A stretch of DNA of 56,415 bases from Francisella tularensis subsp. holarctica (lineage in GTDB: Bacteria; Pseudomonadota; Gammaproteobacteria; Francisellales; CACEW01): the NCBI GenBank assembly GCA_945879065.1, contig CAMCUU010000005.1:1-56415 (forward strand), in the 5' to 3' direction. How positions within the stretch are numbered: the first letter of the stretch is position 1; each line of letters starts with the position of its first letter. The notes beneath the pieces are model-generated. The model was given only the letters and a program-made list of their open reading frames with translations, was not told where the DNA came from and ran no database searches. The translations under genes and the position numbers were made by a program. Below are positions 1 through 8,214 of this stretch, one piece after another.

Positions 1-70
1 ATAATCATGCAAAATTCGGAAACTGATTTCATTTAGAACATAACATTATTTGCCACTTCCCTATTAAGCA

Positions 71-145
71 GGGACGAATACAAGATTCGCCCCTACACCT
101 GATCCTTAAGTAAGTGCCATTGAATACAAGATTCGCCCCTACACC
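71..145 (-). repeat. Two adjacent copies of a REP-like hairpin module (reverse complement: GGTGTAGGGGCGAATCTTGTATTCGtCCC). The second copy lacks the distal stem arm.
   Basis: gaatacaagattcgcccctacacc occurs at 76-99 and again at 122-145. The same motif in the opposite orientation is at 56325-56349, and a variant is at 27723-27748. The stem is GGGCGAAT/ATTCGCCC. The copies lie just downstream of the prfB stop. Confidence 0.8.
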
Positions 146-199
146 ATCATTCTTAGAAGAGGCTATCCAAGTCACAACATCCTTTACGAGGCATGCTTA

Positions 200-1310
200 T
201 CAAACCCCCGCCTTCAAACTGGCCTCTATAAATTTATCTAAGTCGCCATCTAGAACCGCCTGGGTGTTTGTATTTTCCACGCCGGTTCGTAAATCTTTAA
301 TGCGAGATTGATCTAAGACATAAGATCTAATTTGACTACCCCAGCCAATATCAGCCTTATTTTCTTCGACCAACTTTTGCTCGGCTGTTCTTTTTTGCAT
401 CTCCAGTTCATACAACTTGGCTTTTAATTGCTTCATCGCGGAATCTCTATTTTGATGCTGAGAACGCTGGCTCTGAGATTGGGCGACGGTATTCGTCGGC
501 AAGTGAGTAATTCGAATTGCTGAATCTGTTTTGTTCACATGCTGACCGCCAGCACCTGATGCCCGGTAAGTATCTACCCGGCATTCAGCCAAATTAATTT
601 GAATATCAATAGAGTCATCTATTTCGGGAGAAACAAACACAGATGCAAAAGACGTGTGGCGTCGATTTCCAGAGTCAAAAGGCGATTTTCGAACGAGTCG
701 GTGAACTCCAGTCTCTGTCCTTAACCAACCAAACGCATAAGGCCCGGTAAATTCAATCGTCGCACTTTTAATCCCCGCGACATCGCCGCCAGAGCATTCT
801 AATAGTTCAGTTTTGAATCCATGGGCCTCGCCCCAGCGTAAGTACATTCTTAATAGCATTTCAGCCCAATCTTGAGCTTCTGTGCCCCCGGATCCTGACT
901 GAATATCTAAATAGGCATTCGCGCTGTCCATTTTTCCAGAGAACATGCGGCGAAACTCCAGGTCAGAAAGCTGCTTCTCCAGGTCTTTTATGTCTTTTTG
1001 AATATCGGGGAGCATCTGGGCTAATAATTCTTGATCTTGCTCTGAAGACACTAAATCCAAGAGCTCTTCAAAGCTTTTTAAGCCCATCTCCAGGGCATCA
1101 ATAGTCTTAACAATATTTTCTAATTTAACTTTGTCTTTGCCTAGCTCTTGGGCTTTTTCAGGATTAGCCCAAATAGTAGGACTGGCGAGTTCTAAAACAA
1201 CTTCTTCGAGTTTTTCTTTTTGATGGTCATAGTCAAAGATACCCCCGAAGTGGATTTAAGCGCTCACGTAATTGGGACAAAGTTTGATAAAAAATATTGA
1301 GTTCTTGCAT
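200..1310 (-). CDS. prfB: Peptide chain release factor 2, expressed through a programmed +1 frameshift
   Basis: Frame 1 starts at ATG 1310 and reads [25 protein letters not shown], ending at CTT TGA C. A +1 shift continues as [12 protein letters not shown]... into the tracked ORF 200-1087. The SPF motif ([15 protein letters not shown]) and GGQ motif ([11 protein letters not shown]) are both present. Confidence 0.95.
1232..1247 (-). promoter_or_regulatory. RF2 autoregulatory +1 frameshift site with an upstream Shine-Dalgarno-like element
   Basis: The minus strand reads CGGGGGTATCTTTGAC. This is a GGGGG SD-like element, 3 nt, then the slippery CTT followed by an in-frame TGA and C, matching the canonical prfB signal. 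Confidence 0.9.
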
Positions 1311-1410
1311 AGATTGCTAACTTTAAGCTTCAGGTTTCAAAAGGGCGGCGAGTATAATCCGCGCGGTTTTCAAAGACAAAAATAATTTTGGTGAATAATT
1401 TGGATGGGAT

Positions 1411-2376
1411 ATGGCTGGTTTAGAAAATATAAAAAATATTAAAAATATTAAAAATATAAGTGAGGCTATTAGCTGGACAGGTGAATTATTCGAGTCTCAC
1501 CCGGATTTATTTTATGGCCATGGGTCGGATAACCCCTGGGATGAGGCGCTATATCTTGTTCTAGATCAGGCCGGTGAAGATTTAGAATTATTTTTTAGTG
1601 AAGATAAAACAGCTCAGGAAGAAATTTTAAATAAAAATTTAAGCCCTGAAATAATTAATCAAATTAATAAGTTAATAGATTTAAGGGTTAATCAAAAAAT
1701 CCCTCTGCCTTATTTAATTAATAAAGCTTATTTCGCGGGTCTTGAGTTTTATATTGACCAAAGAGCGATTATTCCCAGATCCCCGATCGCTGAATTAATA
1801 GAAACCGGATTTAATTTAAGCCTGGAAGGGGCGGAAGATTTTGATTTTTGCAAAGTCAGTGAAGTATTAGATCTTTGCTGTGGGTCAGGATGTATCGGGA
1901 TTGCTGCTGCGGTTTACTATGATTTTTTAAATATAGATTTACTAGACATTGACTCAAAAGCTTTAGAATTAGCTGAAATAAATATTAAAAAATATGATTT
2001 AGATCATAGAGTTAAAATAATTAATTCTGATTTATTTTCTAATTTTTCTAATTTAAATAACCCTAAAAAATATGATTTGATCTTGTGTAATCCGCCTTAT
2101 GTAAATCAGCAAGATTTTGAATCTATGCCCCAAGAATTTTCTCATGAGCCCGAATTGGCTTTAATTTCTGGACAAGATGGTTTGGATTTAACTAGAAAAA
2201 TTTTGTCTCAAGCTGGAAATTATCTCAGTGATCAAGGGGTGTTAATTCTCGAAGTGGGCAATAGTGCAGAGGCTTTGGAACAAGCTTATCCAGAGATTGA
2301 TTTTCTCTGGTTTGAATTTGAGCGCGGGGGTGTGGGGGTTTGTGCGGTGACTAAGAAGATGCTGGACAGGCTTTGA
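1411..2376 (+). CDS. prmB: Ribosomal protein L3 glutamine N5-methyltransferase (HemK/PrmB family)
   Basis: PrmB-like N terminus FYGHGSDNPWDEALYLVL. SAM-binding site DLCCGSGCIG. Catalytic NPPY motif (CNPPYV). Confidence 0.8.
   Translation: MAGLENIKNIKNIKNISEAISWTGELFESHPDLFYGHGSDNPWDEALYLVLDQAGEDLELFFSEDKTAQEEILNKNLSPEIINQINKLIDLRVNQKIPLPYLINKAYFAGLEFYIDQRAIIPRSPIAELIETGFNLSLEGAEDFDFCKVSEVLDLCCGSGCIGIAAAVYYDFLNIDLLDIDSKALELAEINIKKYDLDHRVKIINSDLFSNFSNLNNPKKYDLILCNPPYVNQQDFESMPQEFSHEPELALISGQDGLDLTRKILSQAGNYLSDQGVLILEVGNSAEALEQAYPEIDFLWFEFERGGVGVCAVTKKMLDRL
1426..1458 (+). repeat. In-frame 9-bp tandem repeat (AATATWAAA, about 3.7 copies) encoding NIKNIKNIKNI at the prmB N terminus
   Basis: Direct reading: aat ata aaa aat att aaa aat att aaa aat ata. 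Confidence 0.9.
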
Positions 2377-2392
2377 AGCAAAGGGATGATTT

Positions 2393-2532
2393 ATCGTCTC
2401 TCCCCTTGCGGGAGAGACAGACCAACGGGCTCTTGGCCTGTTGGGCAGAGAGGGGGATAAATCACTGCAATGGCCCCCTCTCTGTCCTTGGCTTCGCCTT
2501 CGGCCTGTCTCTCCCGCAAGGGGAGAGACGAT
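2393..2532. mobile_element. Putative full-length MITE-like element: two inverted halves of about 60 bp (2393-2456 reversed, 2474-2532 forward) around a 17-bp centre
   Basis: The termini are ATCGTCTCTCCCCTTGCGGGAGAGACAG ... CTGTCTCTCCCGCAAGGGGAGAGACGAT. Each half also contains a CCCCCTCTCTGYCC box. The element lies between prmB and the aas fusion and carries no coding potential of its own. Confidence 0.7.
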
Positions 2533-2645
2533 GTCAAAATCTCTGAGTCTCTGAGTCTAAAAACCGCGCTTTTAGTCACCACCCCCCAAGAACCTGTTAA
2601 ACTCGCGCGCTTATTTTTATAGGGATATTTAATAGGAATATTTAA

Positions 2646-5600
2646 ATGGTCAGTGGCCAAAAACAATCTAGAAAACAATCCGGGTCTTTTTTTACTTTCG
2701 CTTATTTAAGCCTGGTATTTTTTAACTCTTTCGTAGATTTGGGTCATAAGATTTTGATCCAAAATATTTTTTACATCACAGAGCCCGCTAAGCAATTTAC
2801 GATTTATTCCGCGCTGGTGAATTCGATGATCCTGATTCCCTATTTATTAATGTTTTCACCCTCGGGATTTATTTCAGATAAGTTTGCCAAATCTAGTGTT
2901 TTAAAAATAACCGCTTGGGCCGCTTTGCCCTTAACTTGCTTAATTACTTATTTTTATTATCTCGGATTTTTTTGGCCGGCTTTTATCATGACTTTGTTAT
3001 TGGCCACTCAGAGTGCTTTAAATTCCCCCGCGAAATATGGCTATGTGAAAGAATATTTTCATTCTGATTATCTGGCCCGCGCCAATGGCTATGTTCAGGC
3101 TTTGACTGTCTCTGCGATTTTATTAGGGACTTTTTTGTTTTCTCTATTTTTTCAAAATCTCTTAGCGGGCTTAAATTTAAATTTGAATTTTAATTTAAAT
3201 AGTCATGCTGGAGTGACTAAATCAGAGATCATGGAAGCCATTGCGCCCCTAGGGTTTTTATTAATTTTAGGATCTTTATTTGAATCTGTGCTCAGCTTGT
3301 TTTTGCCCAAATTTAAAGCGGTTTCTCAAGACTCCAGATTTGAATTAAAAAAATATATTTCTGGATTTTATGTCCGAGAAAATTTGCGAGAAATTAAAAA
3401 TCAGCCAGTGATTTTGTATTGTGTTTTAGGGTTATCGATTTTTTGGGGGATTAACCAAGTTGTTTTGGCCTGCTATGGCGCTTATTTAAAAGCCCATGTG
3501 ATTGGCGCGACGCCTGTTTATGTCCAGGGGGCCATGGGTATTGCAGTCATTGGCGTAATTTTAGGATCTTTATATTTTGGAAAAATCTCTAAAAAATTTA
3601 TTGAAATAGGCACCGTGCCGATTGCTGTTTTAGCCACAGCGATTTCTCTATGGCTCATGGTCTCTGTGACTAATAAGACTTTGATTTTAATATTATTTTT
3701 GTTTTACGGATTTTTCAGTGGTTTATTATTAGTCCCTTTAAATTCTTTGATTCAGTTTTATGCGCCGAAAGATAAATTAGGGAAAATTCTGGCGGCGAAT
3801 AATTTTACCCAGACTGTTTTTATGTTCGGATTTTTAGTGCTCACGGTGATTTTGACTTTATTAGATATCAATGCTTTTTGGGTCTTTAGATTATTGTTTG
3901 TTTTCGCCCTGATCATTGGGGTGATTACTATTAAGATGCTTCCCCAGTCCATGATTCGATTTATTTTGTATTTTTTTATCAGCAAGTTTTATCAATTAAA
4001 AACCCATGGTTTAAATAATTTACCAGCTTCTGGCGGGGTTTTATTATTGGGAAATCACACCAGTTATTTAGACTGGGCGGCGATTCAAATGGCCTCTCCC
4101 AGGCCCGTGAGATTTGTGATGGACCGGGGGGTGTATAAAAACTTTTTTTTAAGCTGGTTATTTAAATCCATGGGGGTGATTCCGATTTCTAGAACGGGGT
4201 CTAAAGGCGGGATTGAATTAATTCAAAAAGCTTTAAAACAAGGCGATGTGGTTTGTTTATTTCCAGAGGGGCATTTAAGCCGCAATGGGCAGCTGGGGCA
4301 GTTTTATCGCGGTTATGAATTAGTGCTCGAGGGTTTAAATCTTCAAGACCGTGAATTAATTAAAATCATTCCGTTTTATCTACACGGGCTCTGGGGTTCG
4401 TCTTTATCTTTGGCAACTAAAAGATTTAAAAATATTTCCAGAGATTTAAATCTCAGCCGCATGCGGTCTTTAATTATTTGCTTTGGCGAAGTTATTTTTA
4501 GTTCTAGTTCTAGTTCTAGTTCTAGTTCTAGTTCTAGTTCTAGTTTTAATTTTAATATTATTTCTCCTAGTGAATTAAAAGAAAAAATCATTGCCTTGGG
4601 CGAGCAGGCCTGGGGAATTTATTCCGAAAGTTTTGGGTCTATTGCCGAGGCTTGGTTGTATCGAGCGAAAGCTGAAAAATCTCGCATTTGCATGATTGAC
4701 GCTAAGAGTAATTTAGAGCTATCTGCTTATGGCGTAATTACTGGAGTATGGGCTTTAAGGTCTTGTTTTAAAAAGAAATTTTTTAATAAAAATTTTGATA
4801 AAAATAGGGGTAAAAATATTGGCATTTTATTACCAGCCAGTATTCCAGGCGCTTTGGTTAATTTGGCCGTATTAGCTTTGGGTAAAACCCTAGTTAATTT
4901 AAATTACACGGCGTCCGAGCTGAGTTTTAAACATATGTTAGAAAGCGCAGAGATAGATTTTATTATTACTTCTTCGCAGTTTTTAAATAAATTAAAAGCC
5001 AAGGGAATTCCCATAGATTTATGGCTAATAGGAAAAAATCTCATAGAGCTGGAAAGTTTAAAATCTAGTATTTCTAGATTCTCGAAATTTAAATACGGAA
5101 TTTTAAGTTTTGTGTTACCCAGTTTTATTTTAAAAAAATTAATTTTAAAAAAACCTAATTTAAATTCTAATTTACAAGCGGCTGTGATTTTATTTAGCTC
5201 AGGGTCAGAGGGCCTGCCCAAAGGGGTTTTGCTCTCTCATAGAAATATTTTGGCCAATGCTAAACAAGCGGCCTGTGTCTTAAGCGTCGAATCACAAGAT
5301 CGCGTACTCGGCATCTTGCCCTTGTTTCATGCCTTTGGATTAACCGTGACAACTTTGATGCCTTTATTAGTAGGGACGCCCGTCATTTTTTATCCAGATC
5401 CGACGGATGCCAAGGGCGTTGCTAAAACCATTGCGACTTACGATGTGACTGTACTATGTGGCACTAGTACTTTTTTAAATATGTATGCAAGACATCCCAA
5501 AGTTTCCAGCCTGATGTTCCAGTCTTTAAGATTAGTAATCTCTGGCGCTGAAAAATTATCTGAAAGTGTGAGGCAAAGTTTTAAAGAAAAATTTAATCTG

Positions 5601-6299
5601 GAGATTTACCAGGGCTATGGCGCGACAGAAACTAGTCCCGTTGTGAGTTTTAATTTACCCGATGTCTTAGTCAAAGAAGGCTGGCATGTGCAGCTAGGCC
5701 ATAAGCCTGGAACGGTCGGATTGCCGATTCCAGGGACCAGTTTTTTAATCGTGGATCCCGCAAATTTAGAGCCGCTGCCTATTGGATCTGAGGGTCTGTT
5801 ATTAATTTCAGGGCCGCAAATTATGATGGGTTATTTAAATGATCCAGAACGAACCAAGCAAGTTATTTTGGAAAAAAACCATCAGCGTTTTTACAGCACG
5901 GGAGATAAGGCAAAAATTGATTCAGATGGATTTTTGACCATTGTTGATCGGTATACGCGCTTTGCAAAAATCGCTGGAGAAATGGTGTCTTTAGGGGCAG
6001 TTGAGAGTTTTGTGCAGAATTTTATTCAAGAATTAGTTAAAAAATTAAATATAGAAAATATAGAAAATATAGAGCTGGTCGCCGCTGCTGTGCCCGATAG
6101 TAAAAAAGGCGAGCAAGTGATTTTGTTATTAAAACAAAATAATTTACTTAGCCCAGAAGATTTATTAATTAAATTAAAAGCCAGTGAGATGCCGGCTTTA
6201 TGGGTTCCCAAAGAAATTATCAGTGTCCCAGAGATTCCTAAATTAGGGTCTGGCAAAACAGACTATGGGGCGGTGAAAAATATAATTATTGGCTATTAG
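2646..6299 (+). CDS. aas: Three-domain fusion: MFS lysophospholipid transporter (LplT-like), PlsC-type acyltransferase, and acyl-ACP synthetase / AMP-binding enzyme (Aas-like)
   Basis: About 430 aa of polytopic MFS-like N terminus. Acyltransferase HX4D motif (GNHTSYLD) and PEG motif (FPEGHLS). Adenylation motifs SSGSEGLPKGV, GYGATETSP and YSTGDKAKIDSDGFLTIVDR. Confidence 0.85.
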   Translation: MVSGQKQSRKQSGSFFTFAYLSLVFFNSFVDLGHKILIQNIFYITEPAKQFTIYSALVNSMILIPYLLMFSPSGFISDKFAKSSVLKITAWAALPLTCLITYFYYLGFFWPAFIMTLLLATQSALNSPAKYGYVKEYFHSDYLARANGYVQALTVSAILLGTFLFSLFFQNLLAGLNLNLNFNLNSHAGVTKSEIMEAIAPLGFLLILGSLFESVLSLFLPKFKAVSQDSRFELKKYISGFYVRENLREIKNQPVILYCVLGLSIFWGINQVVLACYGAYLKAHVIGATPVYVQGAMGIAVIGVILGSLYFGKISKKFIEIGTVPIAVLATAISLWLMVSVTNKTLILILFLFYGFFSGLLLVPLNSLIQFYAPKDKLGKILAANNFTQTVFMFGFLVLTVILTLLDINAFWVFRLLFVFALIIGVITIKMLPQSMIRFILYFFISKFYQLKTHGLNNLPASGGVLLLGNHTSYLDWAAIQMASPRPVRFVMDRGVYKNFFLSWLFKSMGVIPISRTGSKGGIELIQKALKQGDVVCLFPEGHLSRNGQLGQFYRGYELVLEGLNLQDRELIKIIPFYLHGLWGSSLSLATKRFKNISRDLNLSRMRSLIICFGEVIFSSSSSSSSSSSSSSSFNFNIISPSELKEKIIALGEQAWGIYSESFGSIAEAWLYRAKAEKSRICMIDAKSNLELSAYGVITGVWALRSCFKKKFFNKNFDKNRGKNIGILLPASIPGALVNLAVLALGKTLVNLNYTASELSFKHMLESAEIDFIITSSQFLNKLKAKGIPIDLWLIGKNLIELESLKSSISRFSKFKYGILSFVLPSFILKKLILKKPNLNSNLQAAVILFSSGSEGLPKGVLLSHRNILANAKQAACVLSVESQDRVLGILPLFHAFGLTVTTLMPLLVGTPVIFYPDPTDAKGVAKTIATYDVTVLCGTSTFLNMYARHPKVSSLMFQSLRLVISGAEKLSESVRQSFKEKFNLEIYQGYGATETSPVVSFNLPDVLVKEGWHVQLGHKPGTVGLPIPGTSFLIVDPANLEPLPIGSEGLLLISGPQIMMGYLNDPERTKQVILEKNHQRFYSTGDKAKIDSDGFLTIVDRYTRFAKIAGEMVSLGAVESFVQNFIQELVKKLNIENIENIELVAAAVPDSKKGEQVILLLKQNNLLSPEDLLIKLKASEMPALWVPKEIISVPEIPKLGSGKTDYGAVKNIIIGY
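4500..4541 (+). repeat. (AGTTCT)7 hexanucleotide microsatellite encoding a 14-residue poly-Ser tract in the acyltransferase-synthetase linker
   Basis: Seven perfect AGTTCT units can be read directly. The translation is SSSSSSSSSSSSSS. Confidence 0.95.
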
Positions 6300-6417
6300 G
6301 AAATTTTAGAGCAGGGAAAAATTTCCCCTGTGAGCTATAAAAACAGGATTTATAACTCATATTTTGGCAATATTTGAGCTATAAATAACAAAAATATAAC
6401 TCACGGGATTAGAAATC

Positions 6418-7578
6418 ATGCCTGAATATCTTGAATATCAAGAAAAGATCTGGAATTGGCAGCAAATCGATTGGCCAAATTTTTCTTTTGATATGAGCAA
6501 GTTAGAGCTATTTGAGAAGCAATTTTTGCATGAATCAGGTCTGTTATTAGGGGCTTTCCAGCATATTGAATCAGAAGAGAAGCAAACTTGGATGATTGAG
6601 GCCTTAAGTCAGGAGGCTTTAAAAAGCTCAGAAATTGAAGGGGAGATCTTAAATCGTGAGAGTTTAAGATCATCGATTGCCCGATGTTTTGGATTAATTC
6701 CTGAGGCGTCTTTTTCTTCTGGCCATCCAAAAATCGGTGCGGCGGAAGCAGGGATGGCTCAGATGATGCACCACTTGTATCAGACTTATCAGGCGCCTCT
6801 GACCCATGAGCAGTTGTTTGATTGGCACCTGATGTTGACGGGGAGTCGTCGAGATTTATATCAAGTAGGGGCGTATCGAATTCACTCAGAACCTATGCAA
6901 ATTGTCTCAGGTGCGGGGGCTTATACGGGCAGTATTCGAGGTGTTCGCGTGCATTTTGAGGCGCCGCCTTCAGACAAAGTCCCAGAAGAAATGACGCAAT
7001 TTATTCAATGGTTTAATCAGTCTGAAAAATCTTTGCCTTGTTTAACTCGGGCGGGCATTGCGCATTTATTTTTTGTTTCGATTCATCCCTTTGAAGATGG
7101 TAATGGGCGCATTGCCAGAGCTTTAGCATTCAAAGCCATTTTGCAGTGTTTAAAAGAGCCTGTTTTGATTGCCTTATCTCAGACCATTGGGGCGCATAGA
7201 AAAAAATATTATGAGCAGTTGGATCACAATAATAAGTCTTTGAATATTTCCAATTGGTTAATCTATTTTTCTGAAGTGATCTTAACAGCCCGAGAAAAAG
7301 CCCAAGAGCTGATCGAGTTTTTAATTTTTAAAGCCAAGCTTTATCACGCCCATAAAGATGATTTAAATACGCGTCAGCTGAAAGTTTTAAATCGTTTATT
7401 TGCTAATGGCCCTGCGGGTTTTGAAGGGGGTTTAAGCGCTGAGAAATATGTGGCTATTGCTCAAACTTCAAGAGCAACGGCCACACGGGATTTACAAGAA
7501 TTAGTCGAAAAGAAAATTTTGTATAAAACCGGGGCGCTGAAGGGGACGAGGTATTATTTGAGCATCACACCGGCATAG
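6418..7578 (+). CDS. Fic family protein (class II, with an internal inhibitory helix) and a C-terminal winged-helix-like region
   Basis: Canonical Fic motif HPFEDGNGRIARA. N-terminal inhibitory motif (S/T)xxxE(G/N), seen as SSEIEG. Confidence 0.85.
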   Translation: MPEYLEYQEKIWNWQQIDWPNFSFDMSKLELFEKQFLHESGLLLGAFQHIESEEKQTWMIEALSQEALKSSEIEGEILNRESLRSSIARCFGLIPEASFSSGHPKIGAAEAGMAQMMHHLYQTYQAPLTHEQLFDWHLMLTGSRRDLYQVGAYRIHSEPMQIVSGAGAYTGSIRGVRVHFEAPPSDKVPEEMTQFIQWFNQSEKSLPCLTRAGIAHLFFVSIHPFEDGNGRIARALAFKAILQCLKEPVLIALSQTIGAHRKKYYEQLDHNNKSLNISNWLIYFSEVILTAREKAQELIEFLIFKAKLYHAHKDDLNTRQLKVLNRLFANGPAGFEGGLSAEKYVAIAQTSRATATRDLQELVEKKILYKTGALKGTRYYLSITPA

Positions 7579-8101
7579 TCGCGGTAACGTCTGTTTTTGG
7601 GTCATTAGGCTGACCAGCAGTTTGGTAATTAATTCCCACAGCAAGCGCAGCTCTATCGTTAGGTAAAAGCGGAGCGCTTGCACCCTCAGCAGCGCCAGCT
7701 CCAGCACCTGATTTTTTAGAGGCAAGACAGCAATTGATAGCCATGGCAATCGCGCCGAAGACGGCAATGAATGCACCAGTAGCAAGAAGCTGGACGAGGT
7801 AAGTCCAAGAGGTTTTATGAGAGGATGAGCACATGCGTAGATGGTCGAATACTTTGAAGGTGTCGAGGGTCTGAAATACTCCTTGAACAAGGCCTGCCGC
7901 AGCCCCAATAGCGACACAAGTCTGAATAGGGAGAGTGGGTTTCATCCAGGTATTCACAATAGGGCCTCCAGTTACCATGCATAGGGTGCTGAGCGCGACA
8001 GAGGCTGAAAATTTCAAGAAGGCTGTTTTAGCTAATTGTGCTGGTGGTGCAGCTTGTGCAGTAGATGGAATAGTTTGTGAATCAGCTTGTAAATCAGGCA
8101 T
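7565..8101 (-). CDS. Hypothetical membrane protein with paired hydrophobic segments and Ala/Gly-rich linkers
   Basis: 178-aa ORF with an ATG start and hydrophobic stretches (VALSTLCMVTGGPIV, CVAIGAAAGLVQGVF, LVQLLATGAFIAVFGAIAMAINCCL). It sits in a visibly higher-GC patch. I recognised no family. Confidence 0.5.
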   Translation of the reverse strand: MPDLQADSQTIPSTAQAAPPAQLAKTAFLKFSASVALSTLCMVTGGPIVNTWMKPTLPIQTCVAIGAAAGLVQGVFQTLDTFKVFDHLRMCSSSHKTSWTYLVQLLATGAFIAVFGAIAMAINCCLASKKSGAGAGAAEGASAPLLPNDRAALAVGINYQTAGQPNDPKTDVTATMPV

Positions 8102-8214
8102 GGCGAGACTCCCTAAGAATTAAATATGTTTGATTAAGACGGGGAGACATTACAGGAATCATTCGCTGGAACAATAGAGTAAAAATACTCTGGTAGGGCA
8201 GGGGTAGTTCAAGG

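Noticed and set aside
114-311. Tracked + strand ORF (65 aa) at the left edge
   Set aside because: It is a translation across the REP-like hairpin copies (NTRFAPTP comes from GAATACAAGATTCGCCCCTACACC) and then runs antisense to the prfB 3' end. There is no RBS and no recognisable motif.
2391-2678. Tracked - strand ORF (95 aa) between prmB and aas
   Set aside because: It consists almost entirely of the translated inverted repeat pair (SLPLRERQ..., GERR). Its start lies inside the aas coding region.
4500-4541. The poly-Ser microsatellite as an on/off phase-variation switch
   Set aside because: The unit length is 6 bp, so slippage keeps the reading frame. It can only modulate linker length.
3758-6256. 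Four antisense ORFs inside the aas fusion (3758-3985, 4376-4591, 4904-5221, 6026-6256)
   Set aside because: They are low-complexity translations of AT-rich antisense sequence. One is the antisense of the poly-Ser microsatellite (LELELELE). The + strand gene has strong domain motifs throughout.
6416-6730. Minus-strand ORF overlapping the fic 5' region
   Set aside because: It is fully antisense to a well-supported Fic gene, and I recognised no motifs.
7501-8123. Alternative ORFs in the higher-GC patch (7501-7917 minus, 7935-8123 plus)
   Set aside because: Higher GC generates long spurious frames. I retained 7565-8101 (-) because it is the longest, starts at ATG and encodes coherent TM segments. 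This choice is not certain.
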